DNA of 64,000 nt, taken from positions 62,001-126,000 of the forward strand of contig JADIIX010000023.1 in assembly GCA_027604505.1 (NCBI GenBank). Direction: 5' to 3'. Both the position numbers and the translations under genes were made by a program. This DNA is from Gonapodya sp. JEL0774 (lineage: Eukaryota). Each line of letters opens with the position of its first letter. The first letter of the stretch is position 1. This document shows positions 50,873 to 64,000 of the stretch, one piece after another. Under the pieces are notes generated by a model. That model ran no database searches and was not told where the DNA came from. It saw nothing but the letters and a program-made list of their open reading frames with translations.

Positions 50873-53800
50873 TCAGTTGGAGCTCGACTGCGGAGACGAC
50901 GGGACCACAGGAGCACTAGCTGGGGGCATCGTGCCATGGAGAACGTCGCCTTTGTTACGTTGGATCTGCTCTTCCTTCAGCAGAGTTTGTGCGGTTATAA
51001 TGATATCGCCCGTGAGACCCCTTGAAGACGATATCCATGTCAGATTTTTAATCACGACCCTGCAGTCGACAGGTGACTCACGATTCTCCTGGATAGACGC
51101 CTTCCCTTTCTTTCTCCTCACCAACCTGCTCAGCCCTCCTGGCAAACTCAAGGACTTCATTCAAACCAATCAACCCATCGTGGTTGTGATCCAAAAACTC
51201 CACTATGCGGGAGATGGCAGGGTTGGTTTTGTGAGCGTCGATTACCTTAAGTGCCTCTTCAAGTTGAACAACGGTTACTTGACCGTACTAATACAATAAT
51301 ATAACAAGATGTAGCTAAATCAGACAAGCAAAACAACGCTGCAGCCAGCGATTGCACTCACTTCATCTGGTTTCAGAAGGTTAAGCTTCTCGCCAATGTC
51401 CTTGTCGTAATGCTTCAACTCCTTGTCAATCTGGCTGATGAGCCGTTCGAGACGTTTACCGAGATATCTGGAAGTGGACGACTCGGTGGACTTGCCACCA
51501 GTCATTGTCTTGATTTCGCCAACATCCTGTTTGTGATTGAACTGGATTAAGTCATGTGCCGATGGGTACCGATTGAGAACAGATCTTACCTCCTCGTACT
51601 CTCTTCGTTCGCTTTTCAGAGTCTCCAACTCCTCTCTCTCAGGATCAAGTGCAGAAGGCGATCCCATTGCCTGCAACGCCTCGCCCAAAGCACGAAGCTG
51701 CTGCTCGGGGATCTGCACAGGGCGAATCTCAGGCTGGACTTCCTGGAGGGAGCCATATGAGAGACGGAGCATCATTCAGCGCTCACAAAGACGGTACATG
51801 TTCACGAGACAGGCGACACTCACCTGTTCGGCGCCATCAGTAACCTCACGTGACGGAAGATTCTCCCACATCTTCACGGCAACTGTTGCTCCGGCCTGAG
51901 CCTGGGCAGCCCGTTGGGCAGCAACCGCCTCAGCTTCGCGGGCTTTCGCTGCCACCTCGGCTTTCTCCTTCTAGCGTCATAAATGAGTTCAGCCGACAAC
52001 AAATTATTTGAGCGAGTATTTAAGTCGAACATCTTCAACCAACCTGAACTTGGGCAAGCTCCAATTTTATAAGCTCCTCCTGTTGTTTGATCAACTCAAG
52101 TCTCTTCTTGTAGTCCACTTTCTCACCGGCTGCATCCGCCAGCTGCGTTTCTGCCTCCGCAAGAGCTTCCGCCGGAAGACTATTCAACGCCGCCTGGAGA
52201 GCTTCAGGCGTGTTGACGGACACAGGCATAGGCTTGTCGTAAACTAAAGCCCGGGAAAGCAACAGCAATGTACCCGGAATCTTGTAGTTCAGAGACAAAT
52301 CGAGCCACTGCTGGACCTCCTGCCTTAGCCTGGCAGGCGAGATGCCAACAGTTCGGATGCCACGTTGAGACGCAGCAGCACGAATTTCGTCCAAATTAAG
52401 TGCCGATAATCCCTCAGCTGCAATCATCTGGTCGTCTCTCTTGATATCCCGCAACTTCATACGAATCTGGTAGCGCAAAAAATTGTCACTTCCGAAGGAA
52501 TTGAGAGTCATGAACCGGCAGAGGGAGGTGAGCTGGTTGTGGGTAAGGTTGTCGAGAGTGAGTGACTCGTCGAACTTGCGAGCGATTCGGACAATCTCTT
52601 CAGTTGGCGCAAGCTGGTCAGTACCGCGATACTTGAAAATGTTCAGCATTGTTGTGGAGAACTCAGCTTCGTCGTATGAACAAATCGTTGCAATTCGCTC
52701 ACCTTCGTGAAGAAATCGTTAAATTCCTTCACCGCCGACTTTTGGTTGGTCCCTTCCGCAACCCAAACCTCTGTAATGGTGTCCTGCATAAATTTCGCCA
52801 TTTCCAGTCTGACCTTCACCAACTTCTTTCGCTTTTCCTCCTCTGCAAACTTCGACTCGAAAGTGGAGGGAAGCATATTTGGGAAGAAACGGAGGAGGAA
52901 AGGAAGAGCCAGCTCAGCGAAGGGAATGATGAGTAGAACGATAAAGGGCACAAGCCGAACTAAGTCGGCAAAGGTCCGAAGGAGCTGCATATTCGGACAT
53001 TCGGCGCCGGAAGGAATGAACTATTAGCAAATATGGACTACGTCCCCAAGCATCATTCTCACTCACCTGCTTGTGCTCCCGCCTTGTCAACCCAACCCCC
53101 CTTAACAGCTTCAACAGAAGCCTGCTGCTGATGGATACTTCCGCCCCCAACAGCTTAGTCCCGTGCCAGTAGTGTACAGCCTCTTCCTTGATCCTAACCC
53201 ACAGCGACTTCTTAGGTTCCGCGGGCGCGACCGCGGGGGTTCCGGCGCTCTCTGCAGTGTCCACCGAAGAAGACGCTGCGCCAATTTGCGCCTGCTGTTC
53301 CCTGCCAATTTTCTTGGCAGCGTCTTTAGCAAGCTGTACAGCCAAGTCAGGCTTGGTGCGACGGAGCTCGACCGGTTTGAATGAGGAAGGAGAAGAGGAG
53401 AGTGATGAGATGGAGGAAGAGGATATGTCTGAGAGAGGAGATACCAAAGGAAGGGGCAAGCCTATGGGATCGATTTCATGTGTGAGACCAGTTAAGTTGA
53501 CTGTGCAAAGCAATTCTCAACACTTCGTGACTTGATTTTGTGATCAAGTGTGGTTTCTAATGCCGCGACATCCGTTTCCAAGATCGAAGACCATTTGAAC
53601 ACTCCTCTCCAACCATTAGCTTGCATTATTAACGTAAATCCGGTTTCCGTGGTCAAGCATGGTAATATTGATCCCGTGTTATCCCTGACATGGGCGTACT
53701 ATAGAGCTCGACATTCACCGGCATTTGATACCCCCAATCCTGCTTTGAGTCCCACGTCATCCAGTGTGCCTGGCATACCAGGAGGTATTCTTGGAGGAAC

Positions 53801-54211
53801 GAGCTGCCTTGGCGCCTGGGGCGGCGGCTGTGGGTAGATGGGCTGAGTCTGGGCAGGCTGGGCAGGCATGAGAGGGATAGGTGGGGTGGTTGACGGCAAA
53901 GGGCGGGAGTTGGATGAGGTGTCGGTCGAAAATGGTGCAGGAGGCAGCGGGAAGAGAGGGAATGGGAGCGGAATCTGATCTCTCAGTAAACCAGAGGTTG
54001 AAGGCGGAGAGAATCTTCCTCGAAAATTGATGCTGCTCCCATCATGACTTAATCGAGTCGGCTGGTGATGAAAGGTGCGAGATGCAGTCGAGAGGTCACG
54101 CGAAGAGCGGAACTTTCCAGGGGTTGGGAAGCCGCGGGCTGATTGCCGAGGAAACGGCGATGAGTGAAGGAGCGACCGAGTCGCTAAACGGGTGTTTGTA
54201 CGATGCATCAT
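50873..54211 (-). CDS. LETM1: LETM1/Mdm38 mitochondrial inner-membrane protein with a C-terminal EF-hand
   Basis: HYWHGTKLLG.EV.IS.RLL; LTRRE..Q|LLRTFADLVRLVPF...IIPFAELALPFLLRFFPNMLPSTF; LTLDNL...QL..LCRFM; DDQMIAAEG; EF loop DHNHDGLIGLNE. Confidence 0.93.
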
Positions 54212-55053
54212 CGGACGAGGCCGTGGCGAGATAGTAGAAAGATGGAGGTGAGAGGCGACGGCAGCTGAAAACAAGGCGGTGAGACGTGTTTCATGGTGTT
54301 CCGCTTATTTGTCATTTATGCGATAGACAAGATAAAAGTGCGCCAAAGCACCGGCAACATCGGTCTTGAACACGTGGATTCTCAACACGATGCCATCAAG
54401 AGAATGGGATATAGGTGCGGATTGCAGAATCCACAAATCGGATCGGAACACGCTCCTTCGCATCAACTATCATCCGTTCCCATCACTTCAAAACAGGTGC
54501 ATAAAAGAGAATTCTTCCAGTAACTTACATGTGCTCACTCTCTGAATGAGCTCCGCCTTGGCCAGTGGGGCAACCACGTCCATGCTTGTTGTGATGCAGT
54601 TGAAACAAGGGTGAACGGAATAGGACACGTGAGGGTAACGATGGCGACAGTCACGGAGCCAGCTTCAAAAGCACGGTATTTTGAAGTGGCAGGAGTTGAT
54701 GCTGGTTGGTTCCCTGTTGCGAGTAAAGCGCTCTTTCCTTGGTGATGGGCAATGGATTTTACGAAGAGTTCAACGTGGGCTTGCCTAGACCAGACGCAAG
54801 CCCAAGCGCGGACTGCGCCACAGTGTTCATTTGCTTTGGTCCACCACACTATTGCAAGCCGGTAGTCCCTTCCTTCCTTGTTTTAGATTTTAATTAAGCG
54901 ATTTTGTTCCTGAGACTCGACATCTTTTTGCGATATTGACATCGCGCATCTGTTTGCGACCATTCCTATACTATGTATATATGTACAGCAATTCTGCAGC
55001 GACATAGTTTGCAAACAATTACCTGAGCAGCAAGCGGGGCCGAATACATCCTA

Positions 55054-56583
55054 TCACCCATCCACGGCAACAATCAAGGGCCGGTAATCCGGATCCAAAA
55101 AATCGACTCCATCAGAGACGAGCCTGCACGCTCCGGGCAATCGCCACAATCGTGTACCATCCAGAAGTACTCCCTTCATTGCGTCACGCTCATAGACAGT
55201 TCCCTGTTCGTTGAACGCAGTGAACACGATCTCCAAATGTTGAGCTCTGGTGTACACCTCGGTGAGCTGCACTTCAAACGAGGCACAGTCGATACCAAAA
55301 CCATCCAAGCGAAGACATCGGAGTTGAGGAGGAATGGAGTCTGGTTGCGTCACGAAGGAGTTCCACACGGCTTTCGAGACCTCTCTTCCACGACGCCTAG
55401 AGCTTCCTATCCACAAACGTCTGACGGATGAATTGAGTCTTAGAATATGAGGTATATGCTCCTTCCACTCCAAATTTTCCTGGCAAATTTGGAGAGCCAA
55501 CAAGATTCTTGAGGCAAAAGCCTTTGAGAACATTTCTGCGTCGACCGGTTGTCCTAAATTTCCGAGCGCAGGGAGCAGTCCAAAGTTGCTGAGTTTGGGT
55601 AAGCTCGCAAGAAGGGAGAACAGCTTGGGAACCGATCCTTTCAGAGAAAGACTGGTCAGTTTCGCTCCGTATTGGGCAATGACTTGTGCACATTGTGGGT
55701 TGCCAGTGGTATCCAGATACAACCTCCGCAGGCGCGGTGCGGCATGAAACAAATCTTGTAGCTCCTTGGAACCAAATCTAGTGGGTGACCCTCCCCATCC
55801 TTCGAGACCCATCACCGCGAACGTGGTGAGACAAGAGAACTGCGGTATGAGCTTGCCCCAGGCCATCGATGCGTCCATCGGGTGATCTTGAGGTGTAGCC
55901 CAAGCTCCGACATCAAGACACTTGATTTTGTTCCAACTTCCAAGGGTCGTTGGGTCACCTCGAGAGCCATCTGGAGTGTCCAAGACAATGGTAAGACGGT
56001 TCGAGAGGCGCGGCATGATTGACTGGAACAATGACCAAGTAGCACTGCCTTTCATTGCCTCTGCATTGGCGAGAACGAGACTGCGAATGTTTTGGGCACG
56101 TTCCGCAAGCTCGCGCATCACATCTTCCACGAACACAGCTCCGTGAACACCGTCGAGAGTTTCTGGAAACGCAAAGAAATTGAGCCCAGCTAAGTCGATA
56201 CCTTTAATGGTTGCTGTGATGTATGGGAGGGACTCTTCCAGGGAGTCTTCAAGTGCCCTCATGTCAAAGGACCTCACTGAACGAAGTACTCTCAGTGCCC
56301 GATCGATGGTGTATTCGTCATTTGTATCCAATTGCGTGCTTTTGAACGCCTCAATGAAAATTCGGAAAAGACCTTTCGACTGGGCCGCAGATTTGGGTCG
56401 AAGATTTCGGAATGCAACTGCCGTGGAGAGTCGTTCGAACGTTCGAGAAACCAACCGACAATCCAGTAGGGTTCGATGATCTCCAATGCTATCAAAGAGA
56501 TAGTGTTGCAGCTCATTAGGGAGAGAAGTGAATGCTTTCAGTCCTGTCTTGACCTTGGTTGTCTGTGGGAGACAAGAGGTCAA
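55054..56583 (-). CDS. F-box / leucine-rich-repeat protein; 5' end uncertain
   Basis: 509-aa uninterrupted ORF; F-box FTSLPNELQHYLF.......TLLDCRLVSRTF; LRR-like motifs (PRLRRLYL, KLTSLSL, LPKLSNFGL). Confidence 0.75.
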   Translation of the reverse strand: MTSCLPQTTKVKTGLKAFTSLPNELQHYLFDSIGDHRTLLDCRLVSRTFERLSTAVAFRNLRPKSAAQSKGLFRIFIEAFKSTQLDTNDEYTIDRALRVLRSVRSFDMRALEDSLEESLPYITATIKGIDLAGLNFFAFPETLDGVHGAVFVEDVMRELAERAQNIRSLVLANAEAMKGSATWSLFQSIMPRLSNRLTIVLDTPDGSRGDPTTLGSWNKIKCLDVGAWATPQDHPMDASMAWGKLIPQFSCLTTFAVMGLEGWGGSPTRFGSKELQDLFHAAPRLRRLYLDTTGNPQCAQVIAQYGAKLTSLSLKGSVPKLFSLLASLPKLSNFGLLPALGNLGQPVDAEMFSKAFASRILLALQICQENLEWKEHIPHILRLNSSVRRLWIGSSRRRGREVSKAVWNSFVTQPDSIPPQLRCLRLDGFGIDCASFEVQLTEVYTRAQHLEIVFTAFNEQGTVYERDAMKGVLLDGTRLWRLPGACRLVSDGVDFLDPDYRPLIVAVDG

Positions 56584-57506
56584 CGGAGGTCCACCAGTCG
56601 CATATTCAAGCTTTGGGAAACGGTCAATGAAGAAAAGTCGGTACCTATCAGATGAGAAAGAATTATGCTGAGTTAGCTATTCGTTGGGGGCATTGTATCA
56701 CTAAATATCTGCAATTTACCAGGGCATATGCGTGGCCATCCGATGGATAGATGCTCGATCGAATTCAATTGTACTTGAATTTAATATAGGAGAGACGAGA
56801 ATGGGGTAATGGAAGTGATGGCTTCTTGTTTTCATTTCACCTTCGCCCGCGTGCTGGAGTGATCATCACATTTCTTCGCACCTTTCTCACTGAAGAACAG
56901 CGTGCTCGCGATAAGAACTTCGACATGGGGAGCATATCCTCGTGAAAAAAAGTCAGCTCAATGGAGTTCCACATCCGCCCCCGCGTCTTTCATCTCTCCG
57001 GCAACAAGATATAGAAAACCCTTTGCAATCTCTCTCAACTTCGCTCCTCTCAAGGATTGAAATGCATTAGTTCCTATTGTACAAAGCTCAATATATACTT
57101 AATTGATCAGAGTTCCGGATGAACAGAACAGATTTGCATTGTCCCACGGTTTGCCGCAGTTGTGGACGGATGTTCGATCTAGATATACATAGTAGGTGTC
57201 TCCGTGAAGCATCTAAATGTCCAATCGGTGTGGGCGACCATTTCATTGGTGGGAGAGGCGACATGGTACCGGGGCGGCCCTCTCCCGTACCTTCGCAAAG
57301 GGTGCTGTGCTGCGGTAGTGTATTTAAGACACTCATCACCGTAAAAAGAGAGAGACAATGATGAACAATCGAAAACCGCTTTTGTTTGGGCTTCTGTCCT
57401 TCCTGATCTTCCCAGCATCATGGATATACATTCACTGTGCGTATATTCATGGAAGCCGAGTTACTCGTTCTCCGAAACCAAACTCTATCTGTTTCCGCTA
57501 GTCCTG

Positions 57507-59470
57507 ATGGGACACCCCGAAAGATGTTTTTCTGACTTCTGCAATGAACTCTACGACACATACTTCATCCCCGTCCGAATCTCTCTCCCAATATTCTATG
57601 TGTATCTGGGAGCCACGGTGTTCGCTGTACTCGCCTCCCGCCGCGTTCCCGGCTTGGCACGATTTTTCAGCTCACGACCGTTTGGATCATCTACAATAAC
57701 AACGGGTGAGCTTGTTTGGTTCATATCTGCTATGATCCTTATTTTTGGTGGTCTGCATACACTCTTTGGTGTGAGAAACGCGCTTGTGGTTGCAGCGAAA
57801 TTAGTGCACTTTATCTTTCGTGTTTCGCGTCACTGCAGATTTACTCTTTTATCGCCCATAAAGAGTACTACGATGAAGTTCAAATCCCAGTCTCGTGGGG
57901 ACTCCTCTTGGTTTCGAGTAGTGTGCATTCTTCAGGATCCATCTCTGCAGTAATTTTTGGTCTCGTATTTCTTCCTGTTTCCAAACACTCTCCTCTTGGC
58001 GCTGCCCTTGGTCTGGACTATACTTTTATGCTCCGGATGCATCGCTGGCTTGGATGGTTGTCGCTCTGGATATTTGTGTACCACACTCTCGTCTCTTTGC
58101 TCTCGATCGCACAGTCATATGAAGATCCCATGGGGTCCGCCTTGACTAACATCTATTCTGGGGCCTGGGGTGAACTAAACTACCTCTGTGCGTCAACTGC
58201 TTCAGGAAATCTCTTGCAGTTGGTCTTGACTGATGCGCTCTCATTGTAATTCAGATATCACCGGGTGGCTCGCGCTCGGTGTTCTGCTCGTTGTTTATGC
58301 TTCCTCAATTCCTTGGTTCCGTAGAAAAATGTACAACACGTTCTACATTCTGCACTTCTGTGGCATTCTTGGCCTTCTGATATCTTACTTGCATGCTTCC
58401 ATGTCTATTTACTTTGTCCTCCCGGGTAAGTTAGTTATTTGGTATTTCTGGATAGGCAATACTCTCAGGTCAATCTGTTTGCTTCTACTGTCTCTCTCTG
58501 TTCAAAAGCAATCCTCCTCTACATGATTGACTTCTGTATGCGCTGCTACCAAGCAGTGCGAACCCATCCAGTTACTTCTGTCGTACACGAGGAATCTCAC
58601 CTGAAGATCATCAATGTAAAACTGGCTCATCCACTTAACATCCTACCAGGCCAGTTCATGCGAGTGACGGTACCTGGAGTCTCACGATGGGAGTCGCATG
58701 CATGGAGTGTGTGTGATAAATCTGGTGACACCGTTCAGTTCCTGATAGCACCAGTTCGTGGCGGGTACTTGTTCGAGCGTTGGACCGACAAGGTATTTGC
58801 TTTGACAAAAACTGAGGATCAAGTTAAATGTGGGTTGCCTTCACTTAGAATCTTAAGTCACCTGTTGGATTAACTTCCGAAAATCGACTATCCCCTAGTG
58901 TCGATGCAGGGGCCATTCGGATTGCCGATCAATTTCGTCAAGAATATCAACAGAGAGCGCCACAACGCATATGTTTTTATTGTGGGCGGAAGTGGTATCG
59001 CTCCAGCCCTCTTTGCAATTCGAGCACTTCTTGGCGACATTTCATTGAAAGGCCCCACCGAGGATTCGAATGGCCTTGCAAATACCCAACCGTCTATCTA
59101 TCTCATATGGTCCATGCGTGGAGAAAACGCCGAGAAACTATCCGTCATTCAACCATGGCTGGCCCCAGAATCCCCTGTTCATGTTCACATCTACGACACC
59201 TCTCGGTCAGGATTTGACAAAGGTGTGATTGCATCGGCTAACTCCACTTCTATCGCACCATTAATGAGCAGAAATCGCCCAAGTATCCGTAATCTACTGT
59301 ATAAGATAGTTGAGAGTGTGGGATATGAGAGTGAACGGATGCGGCCGACAGTGGGGCTATTTGTTTGTGGACCAGAATCAATGACCCTGGACGTTCTCGG
59401 CGACGCACGCGTCGTGGAGATGGACAAAAATGTTCTGTTCGATATTGAGGTGGAATCGTTTGAATTGTAA
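57507..59470 (+). CDS. Ferric reductase-like transmembrane flavocytochrome (FRE/NOX superfamily)
   Basis: Heme His pairs HRWLG...YH and FYILH...YLH; PGQF; ESHAWS (FAD site); GPFG; VGGSGIAP; FVCGPESM; C-terminal ESFEL. Confidence 0.9.
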
Positions 59471-59659
59471 AAAGCTACTGGGTATTTTAGTGATCACGAG
59501 CATCAAAGATGGCCAAGGGCTGTCGTGAAAAGGCACAGTTCCAGGTTGTAACTAATTAGTAACTTGTTTGGTCTGAAAATATGTATGGCTCAGTTCATCA
59601 ATTTTATTTGCATGACGTGCTATCGCTATCGAGAGGGCCAATGCATTCACGAGACACCC

Positions 59660-62600
59660 CTAGCTCAAATCCCCCCCATCCCCGTCTCCTTCCACCACCG
59701 CCGCGAGTCCTAAATCTCTTCTCCTCAGATCTAGTTCTCCCACTCTCCATCCGCCCTCCCTCCCCATCTCGAATACCCATGCGGCAATAACTTCAAAAAC
59801 GTTCCTCGCTCCTGCTGCCAAGTCCCAGTTACAACCGTGTACCACGAGTTGAAAGTGTGGATAATTTCGGTTGAGAATACGGATTTGCACTGGGGCGGTG
59901 GAGCGGTTGGGGGGCGAGGGCGAGGGTGAGATTGGAATCACATGGTAGGTAGAAAATTGAGGTAGGACGCTTGGGCTAGCATCAGACCACTGGTCGAGGA
60001 ATGTCCGAAACAGATGGAAAACAATCTAAGGCATCGAGTGAGTACACAGTGTCATTGCGAGACCGTATAACACTCTCTCACCTCCGCATCGGATGGTTTT
60101 TCGGTGCGATTCCACTGCCTCCCTTCAAAAACTCCTCCTGAATCCCACCGATATTCAGATAAGAACGAGTTCCTCGAGAGCTCTGGCCGAGTGAATCACC
60201 GCACGTCAACAACCTTCGGATCTGGCAAGAACCAGACTGGTGGTGCTACGCACTCACCTTCGATCCTCCATTTCACATAACCCCTCGGCGACTTAGCAAC
60301 TCCACTGACAACATTCAAATAACTCTCCAGCCTCAATCTCCCAACAGCCACAGCTTTCGCCTCCCCATTCAAATACTTCGCGGCTTCACTCAACTCCGAC
60401 AAGGTTCTGGGGCTTCCTTGCGGAGGTTGGGGAGGTGTTGCGGTCGCCGTTAAGAAAAGGCCGGACGTAGCCGGGCGCGGAGCAGGTGAGCTGAGCGAGT
60501 TGGCGATGGCGGAGCGGAGGTTTGAGGGGTCGTCAGTCCACTGAGCAGAGGACGTAGAGAGGTGGGACAGGGACTGGGAAGCAAGGTAGGAATCTGTTGT
60601 CGCCATGAGGGAGGCAAGGGGGCTGATGATCTTGCTATGCAGCCACTGGTAGAGTTCAAAGGCGAAGGTTCGGCAGTGCTCGCAAACTAGTCGTGATCTC
60701 GTCCACATGACCCACCCTCCTCAAACCCTCCACCCATTGATCAACCACTATATCATCCACACCCATCTCTCTCATTGACGCTTGTCGATCCCTATGCCTG
60801 TATTGCGAGCCAGGTGCGTCAGGCGGGGATGTGAGACCACCCGATATGTTGGTGGGTGGCGGAGAGGAGTGGTATTTGAGGGGTGCAGGAGTTGGAGTGA
60901 CGGAAATAGCAGTGGGGGATGTGGAGTACGGTAGGGATCGCGGAGTGCCTTGAAATGATGCCAAACAAAAAACAGAAGGGGAGCGATAAAAAGAGCAGGC
61001 AAGGGAGAACACATCAAATTCGTGAAATCACGTTCGGTAATCAAGAAGGCGGTGAGCAGAAACAAGCCGAAACGTTGTTGTATCAACCCACCATGCAACA
61101 AGTTCCCCGCTGTAGAGCCCTTCATCAGTCTATCCACAGCACTCGACGTTCGAATTGGGAAGTCAAAATCGACATCCATATCAGCTGACAGCAAGTAGAA
61201 AGAAAGATTCGTGGTAAAACAATAAGTTTCCGGTCCATTTCAAGAAGGACACGGTCGGACTCTCACGAACTGCCCTTGATCATCGCAAGCAGCGCAAACA
61301 TACCAGCGCCATTTCTTCCTGTAACACCACCGAAGATGAGTCCCACGCTGCTTCCACCATGATTGGTCATACTCGCCCCAATTTGATTGCCATTTTCAAA
61401 ACCGTTGGCACCCCACTTCTGATCAACCCCAAATGTGCTGGTCAACCCACCAGCCACTATGGACTGAGAGTGCAAGAAAGGCACGGCTCCAAAGCCGGAT
61501 GGGGCGGATGGGGCGGAATTGATATGTGCGACCGACGTCGTTGGTGGGGAAGTCAACGTCGCTGCACGGGAGCTCGATGATGCACCTGCGATGCTCATCC
61601 GGCCGCGCACAGTGTTTCCACTGGTAGATAAACCCGCTATTCCGTCCGCGAGGGCATCTACGTCCAGCTTTATTGGTGATGGTCGGACTTCAGGTGCGGT
61701 TGGTACGTAGCGTGGAGGTGGGGGCGGCAGAGACGCGGAAGAGGGAAGAGTGGCACGACGCGAGGCAAGCCAGGAATCGTAAGAAGGGACAGGGCGGAGG
61801 GTTCGGCGGAGGGTCAGAAGGATGTTTAAAATGGGTACCAGAGACACAGCGAGAACTGAGTTGAGGAGAGTGGAAACGAGGAGATTGGAGTGACGGCAAA
61901 AGTGAGAGCAGACAACCAAAACTGGACGTACCAGTGTAGTGGGCAGCGTGTTTGCCGTACTGCGGAAAGCGAAACAATGCGAGGCGATCAACATAGCTTG
62001 AAGGAGATTAGACAGATGAGGTCAGTGAAATTAGAAATAGCCACGGCTCCACCCGAGCTCTCATTCGTTTTTGATTGGCAGTACATTTTCGCTGTTGCAT
62101 TAAAACCTTTTCAACGTTAAAGAGGGAACATGATCTGGGGTGATTCCCTCGACGAGTTGGTTCGAGTATCCGAAATGGAATAGACTGTATGCCATTTGTT
62201 TCGCCATTTGTTTCCGGTAAGTATCACCCAACTTCTTCCCAAAGAGCTCCTTGCTCTCATCGCATTTCCGGCCCACCCTCCACAAGTTATGGGAGCCGTC
62301 ACCATGGATTTGGGAGGTTAAACACTCACTCGATCCACCCCGTCAGCCAGACCCAACTTATGACACCAAGCAAGATGGCGTTGTACCACAACGCAGCATA
62401 GCTTGGCCTCCTTTTTGCAACCAGGTCGGCGTATTCTTTGAAGAGTGGGCTTTCCCAGTTTCCCGACGGTTCTGAGGTTGGTGATGCAGCGCGATTTGCG
62501 ACCAGTGAGAGTTTTGAAGAAGGGAAAAGTATTGGCAGCGGAGTTGGTGCAGTTGTTTGTGGGGAAGAAGTTGCCGCAAGATTTGGTGTGGTTGGAGACT

Positions 62601-62820
62601 GTCCTGCGAGCGGCATTACAAATTGTCGCTGAGACTGTAGCGAAGGTGATGATTGCGCTGCCTGCGATCCGAGAGGACTTGTCGAATGACCAGGAAGTCC
62701 CCCGTTGTCCGTCCTATTTGAATTGGATTCGGTCTGGATTGGTGTTGAGTAAGAAGGCCGGCCAGAGACCCCAGAGACCGCGAATCCTGACGGCAACGGT
62801 GAAAACAAGGAAGAGCTCAT
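59660..62820 (-). CDS. TMEM209-like nuclear-envelope membrane protein
   Basis: N-terminal TM segments, Ser/Pro-rich middle, DQWVEGLRR; C-terminal IVFHLFRTFLD...FSTYH...YPHFQLVVHG.NW.L..GARNVF resembles the TMEM209 family. Confidence 0.65.
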
Positions 62821-62983
62821 TCCGTGAGTGGGATTTGGCGTCCCAGTTGATCAAATCTGCACGTCCTAATGTGTGTAAAAGGTGTGTGCAGAGACCACAG
62901 CCAAGGTTGGTTGAGCACACAGTTCGTCGTGATTGCCGCTTGCCAACGGAGCCAGCAGCAAATAACGACCGGCACAGAGATCA

Positions 62984-63700
62984 ATGGTTACTGCCGCCTC
63001 CGCAGAGCCCAACTCCCCTGCCGTCGATCCTCCTCCGTTTTTGCTGCCAAAACACACGCGCCGCCCTCCAAAACGAAAATCTCTCCTCCCAGCCTCAATT
63101 GCGAAAATCCAATCATCAGATCTTGAGCAGCCCCTTCAAAAGGCACGAGAGGCTGTATTAAGATCAATCGTAAGGTATTTTGTGATTGCGTTGCCGATCG
63201 GGGTCTCAAGCAGGCTGGATTTTCGTGTGATAAAGGATTCGTTTATTTCTCGAGTATTACACACATGAGGTTCCAGAATTACGACTAGAAGGAACAATAA
63301 TCCACCATGGCTCACTTGAATCTTCTGCCCCTTTGGACCTGTGGATCGCTCGAATCAATCTTCAAACCATTGATTTTACCTTGTCCACCACCCCTCCCTT
63401 TCTCAATCGCCTGCTTACTCCCCAGCGAATATGAAGACTTCTTATCGATTTACATTCCCACATCAAGTATCGATGAAGATTTGCAGGAAATCGCGGAAAA
63501 GCTGGACCAGTGTGATCATGTGAGTGGGGACCAGCGACGACTGTCCTCCTATCACTCGAACGTCTTCGGAAATTCAATCGTTACCTCGCTAAATGACCTT
63601 TCCATCGCACGGATACTTTGGGCCATGCTAGAGTGATAAACGTACCATAGTGTTCGCGAACAGGCTCGACACGCTCCGGATGCTCTACAAGGTATGTTAT
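62984..63700 (+). CDS. Hypothetical spliced gene, structure unresolved; may continue past the window end
   Basis: ORF MVTAASAEPNSP...LRSIV ends at a GT donor; exon EYEDFLSIYIPTSSIDEDLQEIAEKLDQCDH is flanked by CAG and GTGAGT. Confidence 0.4.
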
Positions 63701-64000
63701 ATTGAATGAAATCGGGCCACTTGCACACCGCGAAAGAATGCAGAATCCAAAAAGTACATTACGAAGGAGACCTGAGGTGGGCCGCATGCAGAAAGACGAC
63801 AAAATCACCTGATCGAAGTACCTGTAGCAACGGAAGCTGCACATATGTAGTCAAGGCTTCGGCAGCTAATGGAGAGCAATCAGTCTGACGCTAGCCATTG
63901 ACGCCGCTGTTTGCGTTCGTGCCTGTTGCCTACCGCGACCACTTCCCCTCTGTCCAACCAGGCCCACACTCTTCTTCTCTCCTCCACCACCCTCCTCGAC

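Noticed and set aside
62984..63900. BLOC-1 subunit 4 assignment for the last gene
   Set aside because: Only vague resemblance; the exons could not be joined consistently.

Overview
Gene-dense, intron-rich eukaryotic nuclear DNA with GT-AG spliceosomal introns (typically about 60-350 nt). It most likely comes from an early-diverging, flagellated (zoosporic) fungus, inferred from fungal-type housekeeping genes, a CFAP97D-like ciliary gene, an ATP-dependent DAG kinase, an EF-hand LETM1 and a class II RNR. About 25 protein-coding genes were reconstructed by hand: FAD oxidoreductase, Fe-ADH, Rheb, DGK, Aha1, 2OG-Fe(II) dioxygenase, MFS transporter, arabinokinase-N-like protein, DnaJ, rhomboid, CaMK, a micro-exon SUMO gene absent from the ORF track, a PPR-like protein, class II RNR, POP1, CFAP97D-like, Mic19, Ubp6, LETM1, F-box/LRR, ferric reductase, TMEM209-like and hypotheticals. 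Highlights: (1) an intact, 10-intron adenosylcobalamin-dependent monomeric ribonucleotide reductase; (2) its predicted 5' leader holds a 75-nt cassette-like exon with a start-stop uORF in the same GCACCATG context as the main ATG, beside a long structured intron, a candidate splicing/uORF switch; (3) longer introns repeatedly show nested 5'/3' complementarity (fold-back introns). No rRNA, tRNA, CRISPR or transposon was recognised. Gene identities rest on motif recognition and exon boundaries are manual predictions; no searches were run.
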